64,000 bases of DNA, from assembly GCF_009914755.1 (NCBI RefSeq), contig NC_060925.1. One strand, 5' to 3'. Shown here piece by piece: positions 17,865 through 34,867 of this stretch. The notes under the pieces are model-generated. The model was not told the origin of the DNA. It did no database searches and worked only from the letters and a program-made list of their open reading frames with translations. This DNA is from the human T2T-CHM13v2.0 reference genome, Homo sapiens. The first letter of the stretch is position 1, and each line of letters opens with the position of its first letter. The position numbers were made by a program, and so were the translations under genes.

Positions 17865-18173
17865 GCCAGGCACGGTGGCTCATGACTAATCCCAGCAGTT
17901 TGGGAGACTGAGGCAGATAGATAGCTTGAGCCCAGAAGTTCGAGACCAGCCTGGGCAACACGGCAAGACGCCGTCTCTACAAAAAATACAAAAATTAGCA
18001 GGGTGTGCTGGCACGCACCTGTAGTCCCAGCTACCAGGTGGGGATGAGGTGGCAGGGGTGGCCTGAGGTGAGTGATCACTTGAGCCTGGGAGGTCAAGGC
18101 TGCAGTGAGCCCTGATCCCTCTACTGCACTCTAGCCTGGGCAACAGAGTGAGACTCTGTCTCAAAAAAAAAAA
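17865..18173 (+). mobile_element. Alu (AluJ-like) with G-rich internal insertion
   Basis: Alu consensus; extra ggtggggatgaggtggcaggggtgg at ~18037-18061. Confidence 0.92.
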
Positions 18174-18434
18174 TAGGTAACATATGAAGGGACAAATATT
18201 TTTGCATCGAGAGAATCAGCTATTTAGCTGATTAGGATAAATTTCCTCATTTTAGTTTCTAATTGTTTAAAGAATTATAAATAATATGTTTATGAAATCT
18301 ATAGCTATAGCTTCTATAGATTTAACTTATAAAGATATTTTAAATCACATAATACATAATCAGTCTCCAATACCCTCTTCAAAATAACTTCTAAAAGTAG
18401 CCCCAAATAGTGGTGATCCCAAGAAAGAACTAGA

Positions 18435-18749
<315 letters not shown>

Positions 18750-19333
18750 GAACTAGAATAAGGAGATCTAGATTCTAATACCAACTCTGCCATTTATTAG
18801 TGCTGAGATCTGCACACCTCTGCTAAATATTCAAAAGGTTTAGAGGAAAATAAAAAACAAAAAGATGATTCCAGAGTTTAAGGACAAAAAGGATCAGACT
18901 ATTATAGAATGCTGCAACATAAATTCTTTAAAAAAAGAAGGATCAAAAACAAAATAAAATTATAGAAAATTAAAAAAAAGAAGAGCAGACTAAAAAGAGA
19001 TGATGCTGTGATGGAAAACCTAGGAAACCATACTATAATGGACAACATTTGAAAATAATGGTTCTTTGGGGGAGTAAAGGATTTTAAATAACCAATTGAG
19101 GGTTGCTGATAGTACAAGCAACAAAACAAAATAGATAATGCATTGAAAATGTAGGCTTGAGGAAAAACTGAGATCATATAAACAGGAAAGTTCTCCATGA
19201 GAGTGAATGGAAGTGGAGAATTGAACCTTGGGGGAATCATATATATCAGTGCTTTCCAATATGGTAGCCACTAGGTACATGTGGCTATTGAGCCCTTGAA
19301 ATGTGCTGGTGAGACGGAGGAATTAAATTTTAA

Positions 19334-19665
<332 letters not shown>

Positions 19666-19728
19666 ACAATGGAATATTATTAAGCAGTAAAATAAATAAA
19701 CTGTGAAGCCATGAAAAGACATGAAGAG

Positions 19729-19840
19729 GGCCAGGCACAGTGGCTCACGCCTATAATCCCAGCACTTTTGGGAGGCCAAGGCAGGAGCACTGCCTGAGCC
19801 CAGGAGTTCAAGACCAATCTCTATTTTAAACAAAAACAAA
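19729..19840 (+). mobile_element. Alu left monomer/FLAM fragment
   Basis: Left-arm Alu text. Confidence 0.85.
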
Positions 19841-21301
19841 AGAAGAAGATACTGACGAAGAGACCTAAATGCATATTGTTAAGTGAAGATGCCAGTCTGA
19901 AAGGACTATATACTATGATTCCAACCACATGACATTCTGGAAAGGTAAAACTATGACTGTAAAAAGATCAGTGGTAGCCAGAGGTTCAGAGGGATGAGGC
20001 AGAGATGAGTAAGTGGAACATGGGACATTTTTAGGTCAATGAAACCATTCTGCACGATTCTAGAATAGTGGATGTATAATGTTATGCATTTGGCAAAACC
20101 CATAGAACTGTCCAACACAAAGGGTGAATCCTAATGTGAACTATGGACTTTAGTTAATAATGTATCAACACTGGTTCCTCAGTGATAACCAACACACCAC
20201 ACTAATGCAAGATACTAACAGAGGAAACCGTGGGGGACAGTATAAATGGGAACTGTGTATTTTTTTGAGCAATTTTTCTGTAAATCCAAAACTGTTCTAA
20301 AAAAAAAAATCTTTCAAAAAACTCAAATTTACATAGCCACATATAGTTAGTGGCCAGTATTGAACAGCATAGGCCCATATAAATAGACTGATGTGGGAAG
20401 AAAATGAGAATGGCATATGAAGAATTACTTCATTTCTGACTACCACTCCCAAAAGTACACATACAGTTAACCCTAAACTATATAAGGTTTTATATGTAGC
20501 TTCTATATTAACATTTTACAGTAGAACTTGATCAAAAATATTCTGGATGAATATCTTTCTAATTTTTGTTAAACAGAATTTAAGGAGGAAAATAACATTT
20601 ATTAAAGGTGTCAGGTACTATACTAAAGATATTATTATTTACATTTCCAAACAACCTTTAGATAAAAGTATTACCATTTCTGTTTTTAGAGATGAGGAAT
20701 TATAATGCTTAAGTCATAGAAGATGAGAACCTAGATATACTGGACTCCAAAGTGTATGTTCTATTTTTTTTAGCGAGGTCTATATTCTAATATACACCAC
20801 TCTACTGTATATATGTTTATGATTCCCAAAATTACAAACATAATTTTCCCACAATGAATTTTCCATCAGGAGCAATACTTTATATATAGCACAATATAAC
20901 AGTTAATGATATACTCAGAGTCTAATGAGGTGTTGTATAGGTAACTGCTGTCCCTATTTTAAACAGCCTCAGGCTAATGTGACTTTTTTCCTGCCACCCA
21001 GCTGGCCCTCCATCCTACCTATATGGCTCTACTCCAACATCTAATTTGCACCTTTTAATCTGCTGTGGGACGAGAAAATAGATAATCAAATTCCTTGAAT
21101 TATGTACAAAGCAAGAGAACTTCTAAACCAATATGTTAGTGCAGATGATTTCGTTCATTAATTTTTCTGATAATTATAGGCCTTTTTTTTTTTTTTGGCC
21201 TACTTCTTAATCTAAACTGAGACCTGGACAAATTAAATACTGTTCTATAATAAAGCTAAGAATTTAGTGATTCTGTTTCATTCAAAAGTTTTCCACTACA
21301 C

Positions 21302-22178
<877 letters not shown>

Positions 22179-22355
22179 TTAGCTTTCCACTAAATGTTAG
22201 TCTAAAAAATTAATGAGGCATATATAAAAACACAGAAACATGTATTTACAAAAAGTTGACATTTTCCTGAAAAAAATTACAGAAAACCAGAAATTTTACT
22301 GCAGAGTTCTAAATATTCTGACATAATCCTTTTCCTTATCATTTTTTAAGTTTCC

Positions 22356-22490
22356 TTTTTTTTTTTTTTTTTTTTGAGGTGGGGTTTCACTCTATTGCCC
22401 AGGCTGGTCTGGAACTCCTGGCTTCATGAGATCCTCCTGCCTTGGCCTCCTAAAGTGCTAGGATTACAGGCTTGAGCCACTGTACTCAAC
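22356..22490 (-). mobile_element. FLAM
   Basis: Reverse monomer with poly(T). Confidence 0.88.
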
Positions 22491-23449
22491 TTAAGTTGTT
22501 CTTATAACTAAATTATAATTATGTATATTAATAAAATTTTCCTTAAGGAGGGGAGATTAATAACAAAATTTTAAATTTTTTTTGTACTTAGATCTCCTAT
22601 AACCCCATTAGAAATATTTACTAAGAACATAAAGTGACTTTTGTTTCTCATAAATTTTAAGATTTCAATTCAATTAGATAAAGTACCATTTTGAATTTAA
22701 GATAACAATATATTTCTAAAGCCCCAAATGGAAATGTCAATCTTAGCAGTAACTCTAAAGTCCAAGTTTATTACCCTTTATTCTAGAAAGAAAAAAAAAA
22801 ACTAATTTTGTCTCCCTCAGTCAGCCAATTAAAACAATCCAAAAAAGCTTACTAAACAACTGCCTTTGTAACACTGTTCATGTTTTTAGAGGTGATCAGG
22901 TATAGGGCCAAGATCAAGGTTTCTAACACTTATTCAACAAGGGATTAAAAGCAGAGTGCCACGCAAATCAAAACTCTAAATATTCTCAAAGATTAGCTGA
23001 ATAAAATAGTCATAAAGTTAGATTCACAGGGATCAAAGAGCTTCAAATTCTAAAAATCGTTTCCCAGTGTAACTTCAAATAAATCCTTTGTGAATATTCC
23101 TAGTTTCTTCTATACATTAAGAAAACCTAAAAGGCAAACAAGTTCTAGATAGGAGACCAAGTATTAGTTGTTCACATTTGTATAGAACATTAAATTTTAG
23201 TTCTTATAACCCAATGAAGAAATACAAATGAGTCTAAGAGTTTGAGCAAAACCCTCTGGGGTGATCTAAACAAAACTGCAAACTTCTATGAGTCTCAACT
23301 TTTCTTCCATAAAGAGTCCCTGGCAGCATGTCTACTGTACTTAGAGAAGCATGCAAAGAATTAGGTGGTTTTTTATTCCTAACAATCACATCCCAAAGTT
23401 TTTTCTGCAATTTCAATTGTACAGAGTACTCTTCCTCGATGTTGGCTCA

Positions 23450-23667
23450 AATTAGAGACAGAAAGCAGAATGGCGTTTGCTAGGGATTAGGGAAGAGGGG
23501 AATACAGAGTAACTGCTTAATGGGTACAGTGTTTCCTTTTGGGGTAATGAACACATTCTGGAATTAGAGCTGGTGGTTGAACAACATTGTGAATGTATAA
23601 AGTGCCACCTAAACTGTTTACTTTAAAATGGTTAATGTTATGTGACTTAACCTCAATAAAAAAAATT
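23450..23667 (+). mobile_element. Old L1 (L1MB-like) 3' end
   Basis: cttaatgggtacagtgtttccttttgggg..aacattgtgaatgta..ctcaataaaaaa. Confidence 0.75.
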
Positions 23668-23872
23668 ATGTTAATCTGTAGATAAAACTGACCCCTTTAG
23701 AACTCTTTTCTTGCTCAAAAAAAAAAAAAAAAAAAACTGCTACCATGTTCAAATGCTATTTAGATCTTGGAAATTTTTTAGATAAAATGCACTTATAAGT
23801 TAAATTATTACCACATGTGCACAGTAATATAATAATCAGTGAAGGTATACCAGTGTCAGTTTAAAACATTGT

Positions 23873-24110
23873 TATGCCTGTAATCTCAGCACTTTGGGAG
23901 GCAGAAGTGGGAGGATCACCTTGCTCCCAGGAGTTTGAGACCACCCTGGGCAACATAGCAAAATGCTATCTCTATAAAAATAATAAAAATTAAAAAAAGT
24001 AGCCAGGTAAGGCGGGAATAACACTTAAACCAAGGAGTTTGAGGCTGAAGTGAGCTATGATAATGCCACTGCACTCCAGCCTGGGTGACAGACCATGAGT
24101 GACTCTGTCA
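23873..24110 (+). mobile_element. Degenerate Alu (AluJ-like) with internal deletion
   Basis: Partial Alu consensus. Confidence 0.85.
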
Positions 24111-26512
24111 TTCATTCATAATATATACATACAGCATTGCTAAAATGCTTGATAACTGTCAAAAGAATATTGCTCTGACATACATCTGCAAATAAGTAAG
24201 GTGACTTTAAATTTGAGGAAAATTCTTTCCCCAAGCCTCAATCAGGAAAACATTATAAACTAATAAGAAGTATCTAATAAACAAAAAGTAAACAAGAATA
24301 TTATATAAGTAAACAGGCACAATCCTGACCAAAAATGGACAGAAATAAATATGCTAAAGTTAAGTGTCTGGGGGATGTAGGGCAACATTACTTCAGATTG
24401 GTAAATGTCACACTTCAAAAATAGAAGGAATCTACCTTAAGAAACTCTGTAGTAAGAAAACCTCCTTTGTATAAATGCCTGACAAAATTAATCTTTTATC
24501 ATAACCTCTAAAGCTAGTCCAAATCCAGCCTAGATTCCAGAATTACACAAAAGAAAAAATCTTGGAGACGGTTCTGGGAAAAGGCTGACCGAAATCTGTG
24601 ACTGTTTTGATACAGGCCAATCTGAGAATTTTAATCCCTCTGAACCCAATCCTGCAGAATACCTGAACCCTGAGCACAGACGGGGCCAAAGCTAAACCAG
24701 GTCAGAATACCCTGCCAAGGAACATCCTGATCTGAGGTGTTCACCAAACAGGGATCATTTATCAGTTTATTCTTCACTTTGTTGGATGCTGACCATTTTC
24801 AAGATATATGCAAGAGTGGAGTGATTAGACCCATCAGAATCCATTTCAAGCCCTAAGATCTGGAGATGAAAAATACTGCAGAATTCTAAATTATCTATGG
24901 CTTAAAGAAAAAAAATTATAAATTAAGAACTTCAAATATTAGCTGACCCAACTTTAACATCATTGAATATCTTTAATTATTTAAAAAAATTTATAAAGTA
25001 TTTCAAAGGCACAATTTAGTAATTGCCTATGTAACAAATTAACCATGAAAACAATTACAGCAGTATGATAAATCTGTCCTATGTAAACAGTATGAGTTTT
25101 TATATTTTATAGCATTCAGATATGCTAAAAACAAAAATTTAAGTGTTTCTTTTGTGATTCACATGAACAAATACTTTCTTGGTCTTACAAGTAGATATCT
25201 GACAGGATACAAATAATGATAATAGGGTAAGTTCACAGGCAAAAAAAGGAATCTGTCAACACAGAAGATGCTTCAAAGTTTAACTGTGACACATGTGGTA
25301 GTGGCAAAGAATCTAATTTGTGTCACAAGATCTGAGTCTGAGTAAGCTCTTTTACCTATTAATTATGTGATCTTTTTGCTGGTTACATAGCTACTCTTAG
25401 CTTCACATTCTTCATATGAAAAAATGAGGACAACAGAACTAATACTGCAGCATAATGAGGAAGCTTAAATATTTTTATTCATTCAACAAATATGTTCTGA
25501 AAGGCGTTGTGTACAAATTACCCTTTTTTATTTCTTCAAATAAATCAAGCATATATTAACTTTTAATATTACCAAGAAAATATAAATCTAATTCTTAAGC
25601 TCTGGTTCCAAAACTTCTTAGAAGTAAATTTTTATTACCTGAGAAAATGTGAACTTAAGTAATAAGTATTGATACTGAAGAAGGGACAGTTGAGTTTGTG
25701 TCAAAACTTAAAACTGTTTTGACACAAAATAAATAAAAACAATTCCCTAAATTTTTTTCCTATTGAACAGAAATACGGACCCAGACTAAGCCCATAAATT
25801 GCTGGGTCAATAACCAATCTGAAATACAAAACCTTACCACTTAAAAATATTTATTTTCAGGAAAATGATATTAAATATGAGGTAAATCTGCCCTTGACAT
25901 AACACGGTGAGATTGTTTTCATAACACAGCACATGAACCACTTAAAACTTACAACCTATAAATTACTACAATTGTTCTAATAGGTTTAGGGCCATACATA
26001 AATTTAAGTATTATTATAACACAGACTTTACTTGGAATCTGTGCTGACCTAACAAAATTAGCACAGAAAAAAAAAAAAAAAATCACAGATTTGAGCACCT
26101 GAAAAACGGTGTCCTTTCTGAAATATCTGCAAAAAAGTCACAACATCAGGAGCCATAGAAAGTTGTTATTTCTCCATCATTCAAAAAATCAAAACATCTC
26201 CAACATTATTTATGCTAAGCATAAAATGAAGGTCAGTATTGATATTCATTCACTATACTTCAAATCCTAAACAAGAAAATTCAACCTTTATGTTTATTCA
26301 ATTGCTAATCTATTCAGTGTCAATTGTTGTGGAAGAACTAAGAACTAGACTAGTGCTGCTTATAATGTTTTTAATTAGAACAGACTTGGACCAATTCTAC
26401 TTAGAAATTTACCCTTAGAAGAGGTGAAAGATATTAACTGGCATCTTTTCAGCACAGGTCAGTGCCGAAAAGAACACAACCTATAACCCTTAGGCCTTGC
26501 AGTTGAATGTTA

Positions 26513-26968
<456 letters not shown>

Positions 26969-28054
26969 TCAAACTCAGAGAAAAGACTGGTCTTGAACAA
27001 TTTCAGGAAAAATTACTGAAACACGAGACAAGGCACAAGAAGCTCTATGGCCGGAGATGAACCACCTGTCTCCTTTCGAAGTGCTTCCTGAGGTCCACTT
27101 TATGCTAGTTAATGTTGCTTCTTATACTGCATGTTAGTAATTCAAAACGCCTAGCTGGAATAAAAGTCCTCTTTAAACATTACAGTTTGTCTCCGCGTTG
27201 CCAGTGTTTGTTTCCAGTTTCATAGGCTATTCTGGTATGTCAAGAGTTGTGTTATTACTGTTCCAAAAGAGCCCTTGTTTCAATCCACTCTCACCTGGGA
27301 TGCGGGCATAACTGATGTTTATAGAACTGATACTTAGAGATGTTTAGAGAGGCGCATCCCTTACCACTCCATCCTTTACCGATAACCACATTTTATATGT
27401 TTTTGTTGCATTTAAGTTTTTTGTTTTTTTTTTTTAAAGACACCTGCACACACACAATTTTCCCATCGCCAGCAGGGAGAAGACTACCAGGCTAGATCTC
27501 CAGGGACTTCAGGGAAACAGACACCGTGAAATCCACTTGGCCAAAGAAGGGGAGCGCTTCAGGGGCTGGGGGAGGAAGCAGCCCTGAGGTGCTGGGAGGC
27601 CGAGGCGGCGCCTGTTTACAGACGCCTTCGCCCTCCCCCACCCCCACAGACTAGGGGTCCAAAAAGCAGTTCCCGTGCGCATTCCCCGCCTGGCCCAGGC
27701 CCTGGGAGTACCACAGGAGCCAGGTAGCCCTTTCGCCCCCTCCCTCTCGTCCGAGCCTCCCTTCGTCCTCCTCTCGGCCTACCTACCCCGACAGGCCCTA
27801 CAGGCGGCATGCAGAGGCCTGAGGCCTAAAGGACGCCGGCCACTGACAAGCCCCAGAACAGCCGGCGGGGGCCCTGAGGAGCCTGGGGCCGGCCGGGCTG
27901 CCGCTGCCGCGGAGGAGCAGAGGGCGGGCGAGGACAAACCCTTCCCGACCACAGCTGCCTATTGTTCCCGACTGAGGCCCCGGCCGCGGCAGCCCCGCTC
28001 CCCAAGTCGCCGCCCGCCGCTCGCTCACCGCGCTGGTCCGAGCAGCAGCTCCTC

Positions 28055-28231
28055 TCAGCTCCGAGTCCCCGCGGCCGTCGCCACCGCCGCGGCAGCCGCC
28101 GCCGCCGCCGAGGCCACCGTTGACTCTGATTCTGTCCCAGGCCGCCGGGCCACGGCTGCCGCCGCCACCGCCAGCACCGCCTCCGGCCTCCCACCTGCTG
28201 CTGCTGAGGCTGCTCCTGCAGCAGGGGCCAT
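28055..28231 (-). CDS. Candidate upstream ORF, 58 aa, Ala-rich (MAPAAGAASAAAGGRPEAVLAVAAAAVARRPGTESESTVASAAAAAAAAVATAAGTRS)
   Basis: ATG at 28231 in context caacAagATGG (-3 A, +4 G); in-frame TGA at 28057-28055; fully inside the putative first exon. Translation is inferred. Confidence 0.45.
   Translation of the reverse strand: MAPAAGAASAAAGGRPEAVLAVAAAAVARRPGTESESTVASAAAAAAAAVATAAGTRS
28080..28172 (-). repeat. Interrupted (GCG/CGG)n trinucleotide tract
   Basis: gccgccgccgccgccg at 28095-28110 and further GCC units at 28158-28172. Confidence 0.8.
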
Positions 28232-29895
28232 CTTGTTGCTCGGCCTCCTCTTCCTCCTCCTCGTCCTCCGCCGCCCAGTCGCTCGTTGTCCTCGTCCCCT
28301 TCCTCTTCCTCAGGCTCCGGCCCGCCCCGGAGACTGGGGCGGAGACGAGGGCGAGGATCCTCCCTCAGGAGGCGGGGCGGGCGGAGGGGAGGGGCGGGCG
28401 CGGGAGCAAAGCTCTGAGTCACCGGCCACCAACGCCCGGAGGGAGACCGGCGACGCTCTCCGCCGCGACCGAAAGTCTCACACGCCCTGAGCAGATGAAC
28501 CGGTCCCTCGGTCCGGTCTGCCCTCCCGCACCGGCGCCTTTGGGCTCAGCGGGCCAGTGGCCAGATGGCGAGAGTAAATTGGGGGAATTTCTTTCGTTTC
28601 CATCGAACCCCACACTACGTCTACTCTTTCGGCTTTCTCAGCCGTTGTCCCCCAACTCTTGTTTCTTTTTCACGTCTTGTCCCCCACCCCATTTTTCTTC
28701 TTCCATATTATCCAGGTTCTGGATCTCATCAGCTTTGTCCTCGTCACCCCTCTGGGAGTTCAGCCTCCTAAGGCTGTGAAACAGCCCAAAAGGCCCGGAC
28801 ACGCTACTCCAAAACGTCTCTCCTGGGCTGTGTGAACAATAAGAGCTATTTGGGGACGACAGGAAAAGATATGGCCCATAGAAGGGCTCCTGAAATCTAA
28901 CCTTGCGACTCTTTAAAAGTTTCTTGTCCCTTGTGGAAAAGGTGCCGTTTTGGTTTTGGGGAATGGGAGGTCCCTTCAGACAATTCATTTTAGCCAAACC
29001 CTCGCTTTTGAGAAGGGGAAGAAATGGGATTATTGTAACACCATACAGTACTAATTTCAAAATAAATCATCTAGAATAGAGGAGAGAGAGAGTCCCCAAA
29101 TAAACAACCATTTAATACCTCTACTCGGCGCTATCACCTTTTTTGCTTCAGGATTTGACCAAGAGAGCAGAGATTATGTTTTTCTGTCCTTTCTTCACTG
29201 TTTACATCACAGTACCCCAAGAGAAGCACTTCTGCCTTTAACTTGATACATTGGAATCGCTATCACAGATAGTGTTTTTGTATTATTTTTAAGAAATATC
29301 ACACACCTTCCTAAACTCTTGGCAGAGAATAATTCTTTTTAGTTGTTAGCACCCTCCTGCTACTGAGATCTCAGCTTCTGTTTAGAAGACCTATTGTTGT
29401 CTTTCCACTGATTGGAATTTGCTGCCTCTGAACTGGGTTTAATCTGTAATCGTCTTTTCAGCCTACTAAATAGTAACCCCAGTCCTACAGAGAGTGAATT
29501 TCTAGCTACCACAGGGGGATTTAGGTTAGCATGTGCCAATCTAAAGGGATCTCTTAAAGCCTTTCCCTTCTCAGACCAGGCCTCTGTACCCTGCTAGGAA
29601 AAACAGATTAATCTGCTCCTCCTGCTTTTCCTCCTCCTCCCTTCTTCTCACTCCTAGGGAACCTTCCACAACAGAAGGTTTTAGCGACTGTTGCTAGGCA
29701 AACATGCCAACTTCCTTGTTTAGGTGAAGCGAGTAACTCAACTTCCATTGCAAGTAACCTAGATAATGTAATTTCTTTGAACTATTAATAGTTATACCAC
29801 AGTTGGTAAGGCTCCTTAAAGGTTCCCTTAAGCAGTATGATTTTTACGTTGTTTATTTTTATCTCGTCAATATTTCAATTAAAAATACGTTAAAG

Positions 29896-30189
<294 letters not shown>

Positions 30190-30377
30190 GTTAAAAATGG
30201 CGGCGCTTCCCCAAACCCAAATTCATTTTAGTGATATAAAGATGCATTTGACAGAAAAAGAAGAGCAGCTTTGAAGAAAACACTTATGCTTACAATAAAA
30301 AATAAAAAACTAATCTGTGAGAAGTCATATGTTTTCAACTCCCCAGTCAGACTAGAAGTGTAAGATACAGGGGATAA

Positions 30378-31165
<788 letters not shown>

Positions 31166-31354
31166 TTAAAATAAAGATAATATGAATATTCAGCAAGGGG
31201 GAAAAAAGATATTCTGGGTTTTATTCCTAAATTAACAATTATTTGAAAATTTAGCTAGGGAAATAAGCTTTTTTTAAAAATTTTATTTAAAATGTTTTTA
31301 CTCTTGTTAGAGTATTGAGATTTGTTGTGAATTAATACAAATAAGATTAAATGA

Positions 31355-31486
31355 GGCTGAGCATGGCAGCTCATGCCTGTAATCCTAGCATTTTAGGAGG
31401 CTGAGGCAGGAGGATTGCTTGAGGCCAAGAGTTCAAGACCACCTGGCCAACATAGAAGACCTTGTCTCCATTTAATTAAAAAAAAA
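31355..31486 (+). mobile_element. FLAM
   Basis: Monomer; flanks aagattaa(a)tga. Confidence 0.88.
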
Positions 31487-31506
31487 TTTTTATAAAAGAT
31501 TAATGA

Positions 31507-31829
<323 letters not shown>

Positions 31830-32012
31830 TTATATAGATTTAAACTTCAGAACTCTTAAAATTTGTTTTAATCCACTGAAACTCATATTAATACACTGAA
31901 ATAGTGTTTGAGAAGTGTCTTGAGCTTAGATTATATGTTAATTAAGAGTATATTACTTAAGATAAACAGCTTATATGTTTCATAGCCATTTGTGCTCAGA
32001 AATCACTATTTT

Positions 32013-32309
32013 GCTCACACCTGTAATCTCAGCACTTTGGGAGGCTGAGGTGGGCGGATCGCTTTGAGCTCAGTTGTTCCAGACCAGCCTGAGCAACACG
32101 GCAAAACCCCATCTCTACAAAAAGTACAAAAATTACCTGGGTATTGGTGGCTCATGCCTGTAGTCCCAGCTACTCAGCTACTCAGAAGGTTGAGGTGGAA
32201 AAATCAATTGAGCCTGGGAAGCAGAGGTTATAGCAAATGGAAATCATGCCACTGCGCTCCAGCCTGGGCTACGGAGTGGGAGCCTGTCTCACAAAAAAAA
32301 AAAAAAAAA
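32013..32309 (+). mobile_element. Alu (AluJ-like), slightly 5'-truncated
   Basis: TSD aaatcactattttg. Confidence 0.92.
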
Positions 32310-32704
32310 ATCACTATTTTGTAGCTTCAAGACAACTTAAACAAATTGTTTTATCTCATATTTTGTTAATAATTCTGATGTGCAATACCCATAAATTTAG
32401 ACTCTGCCCTGGCTTCCACTACTGATACACTATGAAAATCAAATGAGTCATTTCATATAAAATATCAGCACATGGCATATAGTAAGTACTCAATTTTTTT
32501 CAAATTCATTTTGTGCATATGTTATTATAGTCTTCTGTTTCTTAATCAGTCAGATAAGAATGACAAGTCATCAAATACATTTTTGCTCTTTGCATGACCC
32601 CTAAAAAAAGATTAATGCATCTTTTCAGATCATACACAAATCAGTTAAAATAATGCCTTATGTTTTCAATATATATTCTAATATGCCTGTACTGTATTTT
32701 CTGA

Positions 32705-33030
<326 letters not shown>

Positions 33031-33432
33031 CTCCTCTGATTTTTTTTTTTTTAGAATAACTTAATGCTTTTTAGGTTATGCTGCATGACTTTTTAACCTA
33101 TTACATGCTTTAAAATTGTTCTAGAATGTGTAAATGTCAGCCTAACACACTGTTTGTCATATTAAGGCTAGAAATGACCTTAGATACTCATTTATTTCAA
33201 CAGTCGAAGCTGAGAGTAAGAAAGACTGGATAGATCACTTACCTACCCAACTACTTCTTTATAGATAAACACCATGTAATTGAGGAGGGGGTTAGGGAGC
33301 AAAGAGGGCTGGGAAAAGAGGAGAAAAGATGAATGAGGTATGTATCCCTGCCTTAGAGAAATTGAATAACCTAGTAGGAACAATGCAATAAGATATTCAT
33401 GTAAACTAGAATATAAAGTACCTTAGTGATTA

Positions 33433-33752
<320 letters not shown>

Positions 33753-34867
33753 GTAAGTACAAAGTCCTCTGAGAGTTAAAATCATTCTAATGTCATGGAA
33801 CCTACCTTCTGACAGGTGGCAATTCTGTGGTATCAGATGTGTACCCGGGGCATAGAAATCCTATCAGCTCTTGATTTGGGACACTAGGGGGATGAAGAAG
33901 GATAAGGAAGGAGAAATTGAAAGGTATGAGAGTAGAGTCTGGATTAACTAAAAAACCTGGTTTAAAGTACAGCTGGGACCTGAGACCTCTCCAGTCTAAA
34001 TAGTTTATGTAAGGGGAGGGAATGACATCCTCAAACACACACACACAAAATAGCGGGTACTGGAGCTGAGCCACTTGGGTTTTCTGAACTGCTTTAGGTA
34101 AAGTAAGAGTGGGAAGTTAATTGTCTTCTCCATCCTTACTATCATCTCTTATTCTTATACAAAGATTCTCCATGACCTCCTACTTCCTCCCCAGTCCACA
34201 ATATTGTACCCCTCCTATTAAAATTTCATTAAAAATAAAACTCTAAAAAATAAGAAGCAGAGGAAGATGTCCCATGCAATACACTATAGAAATATGAGGA
34301 AACCGATGGTGTCTGACCTACCCTACACCTTTGGAGTCAAGTCCAAAATCAGACCCAAATCATCATCTGCAAATTAAGCCTAACGGATTGCTGTAGATTC
34401 AGGGTGTTAATCACATGGCAAATATAGCCCAATTTAGTTCTGAGATTTCAAGAGCTAGGTTCCTGCAGACTTGAGATTCCAAAAGAGTTAAGTAAAATGA
34501 TGTTTCTGAGTCTTACATGAAATTGCTTCTAAATTGGCCTGCCTTCCATAAAGGCCTCCAGCCCAACATTGAGCTGTCTGAACTTCAGCTGACCCTTAGA
34601 GACTTATCTGAAGCCAATGATAAACAGAATGCCTTTACAAAAGAGATATCAAACAACTTTCAGCAAAGTGGTCCACTCTAGGCAGTTAGGTTAAGAGAAA
34701 GTAGCTCCACTTTTCCAGTGGCAAAACTCACTGGAATATTGTTGTTTTCACTATTAGTTTGCTAGGGCTATCACACCAAATGCCACAGTCTGGGTGGCTT
34801 TTTGTTTTTTAAACGTAATCCCACATGGCAGCATGTTATTATTGGTGTAAAATGGATAAGTATAAGA

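Larger units (their letters stand above)
28029..28300 (-). other. Putative first (5'UTR) exon of a minus-strand gene
   Basis: Lies just downstream (minus sense) of the GC-box cluster; GCG/CAG-rich like housekeeping 5'UTRs; ends at donor CGCG|GTGAGC (intron starts 28028). TSS position approximate. Confidence 0.7.
27540..28600. promoter_or_regulatory. CpG island / TATA-less GC-box promoter
   Basis: Abrupt shift to very high GC and CpG density; GC boxes at 28321-28328, 28336-28344, 28371-28400; AP-1 site TGAGTCA 28415-28421; YY1-like cores on both strands (minus AAGATGGC ~28227-28234, plus AGATGGCG ~28563-28570). Confidence 0.92.

Noticed and set aside
18295-18323. 10-bp AT-rich inverted repeat
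   Set aside because: Short and low complexity; compatible with chance or slippage.
28555-28575. CTCF motif at tggccagatggcga
   Set aside because: 5' half mismatches the CTCF core; better read as YY1/E-box.
27675-28779. Long ORFs over the CpG island (271 aa +, 219 aa +, 198 aa -)
   Set aside because: Non-ATG starts and low-complexity Ala/Pro/Arg content expected from stop-poor GC-rich DNA.
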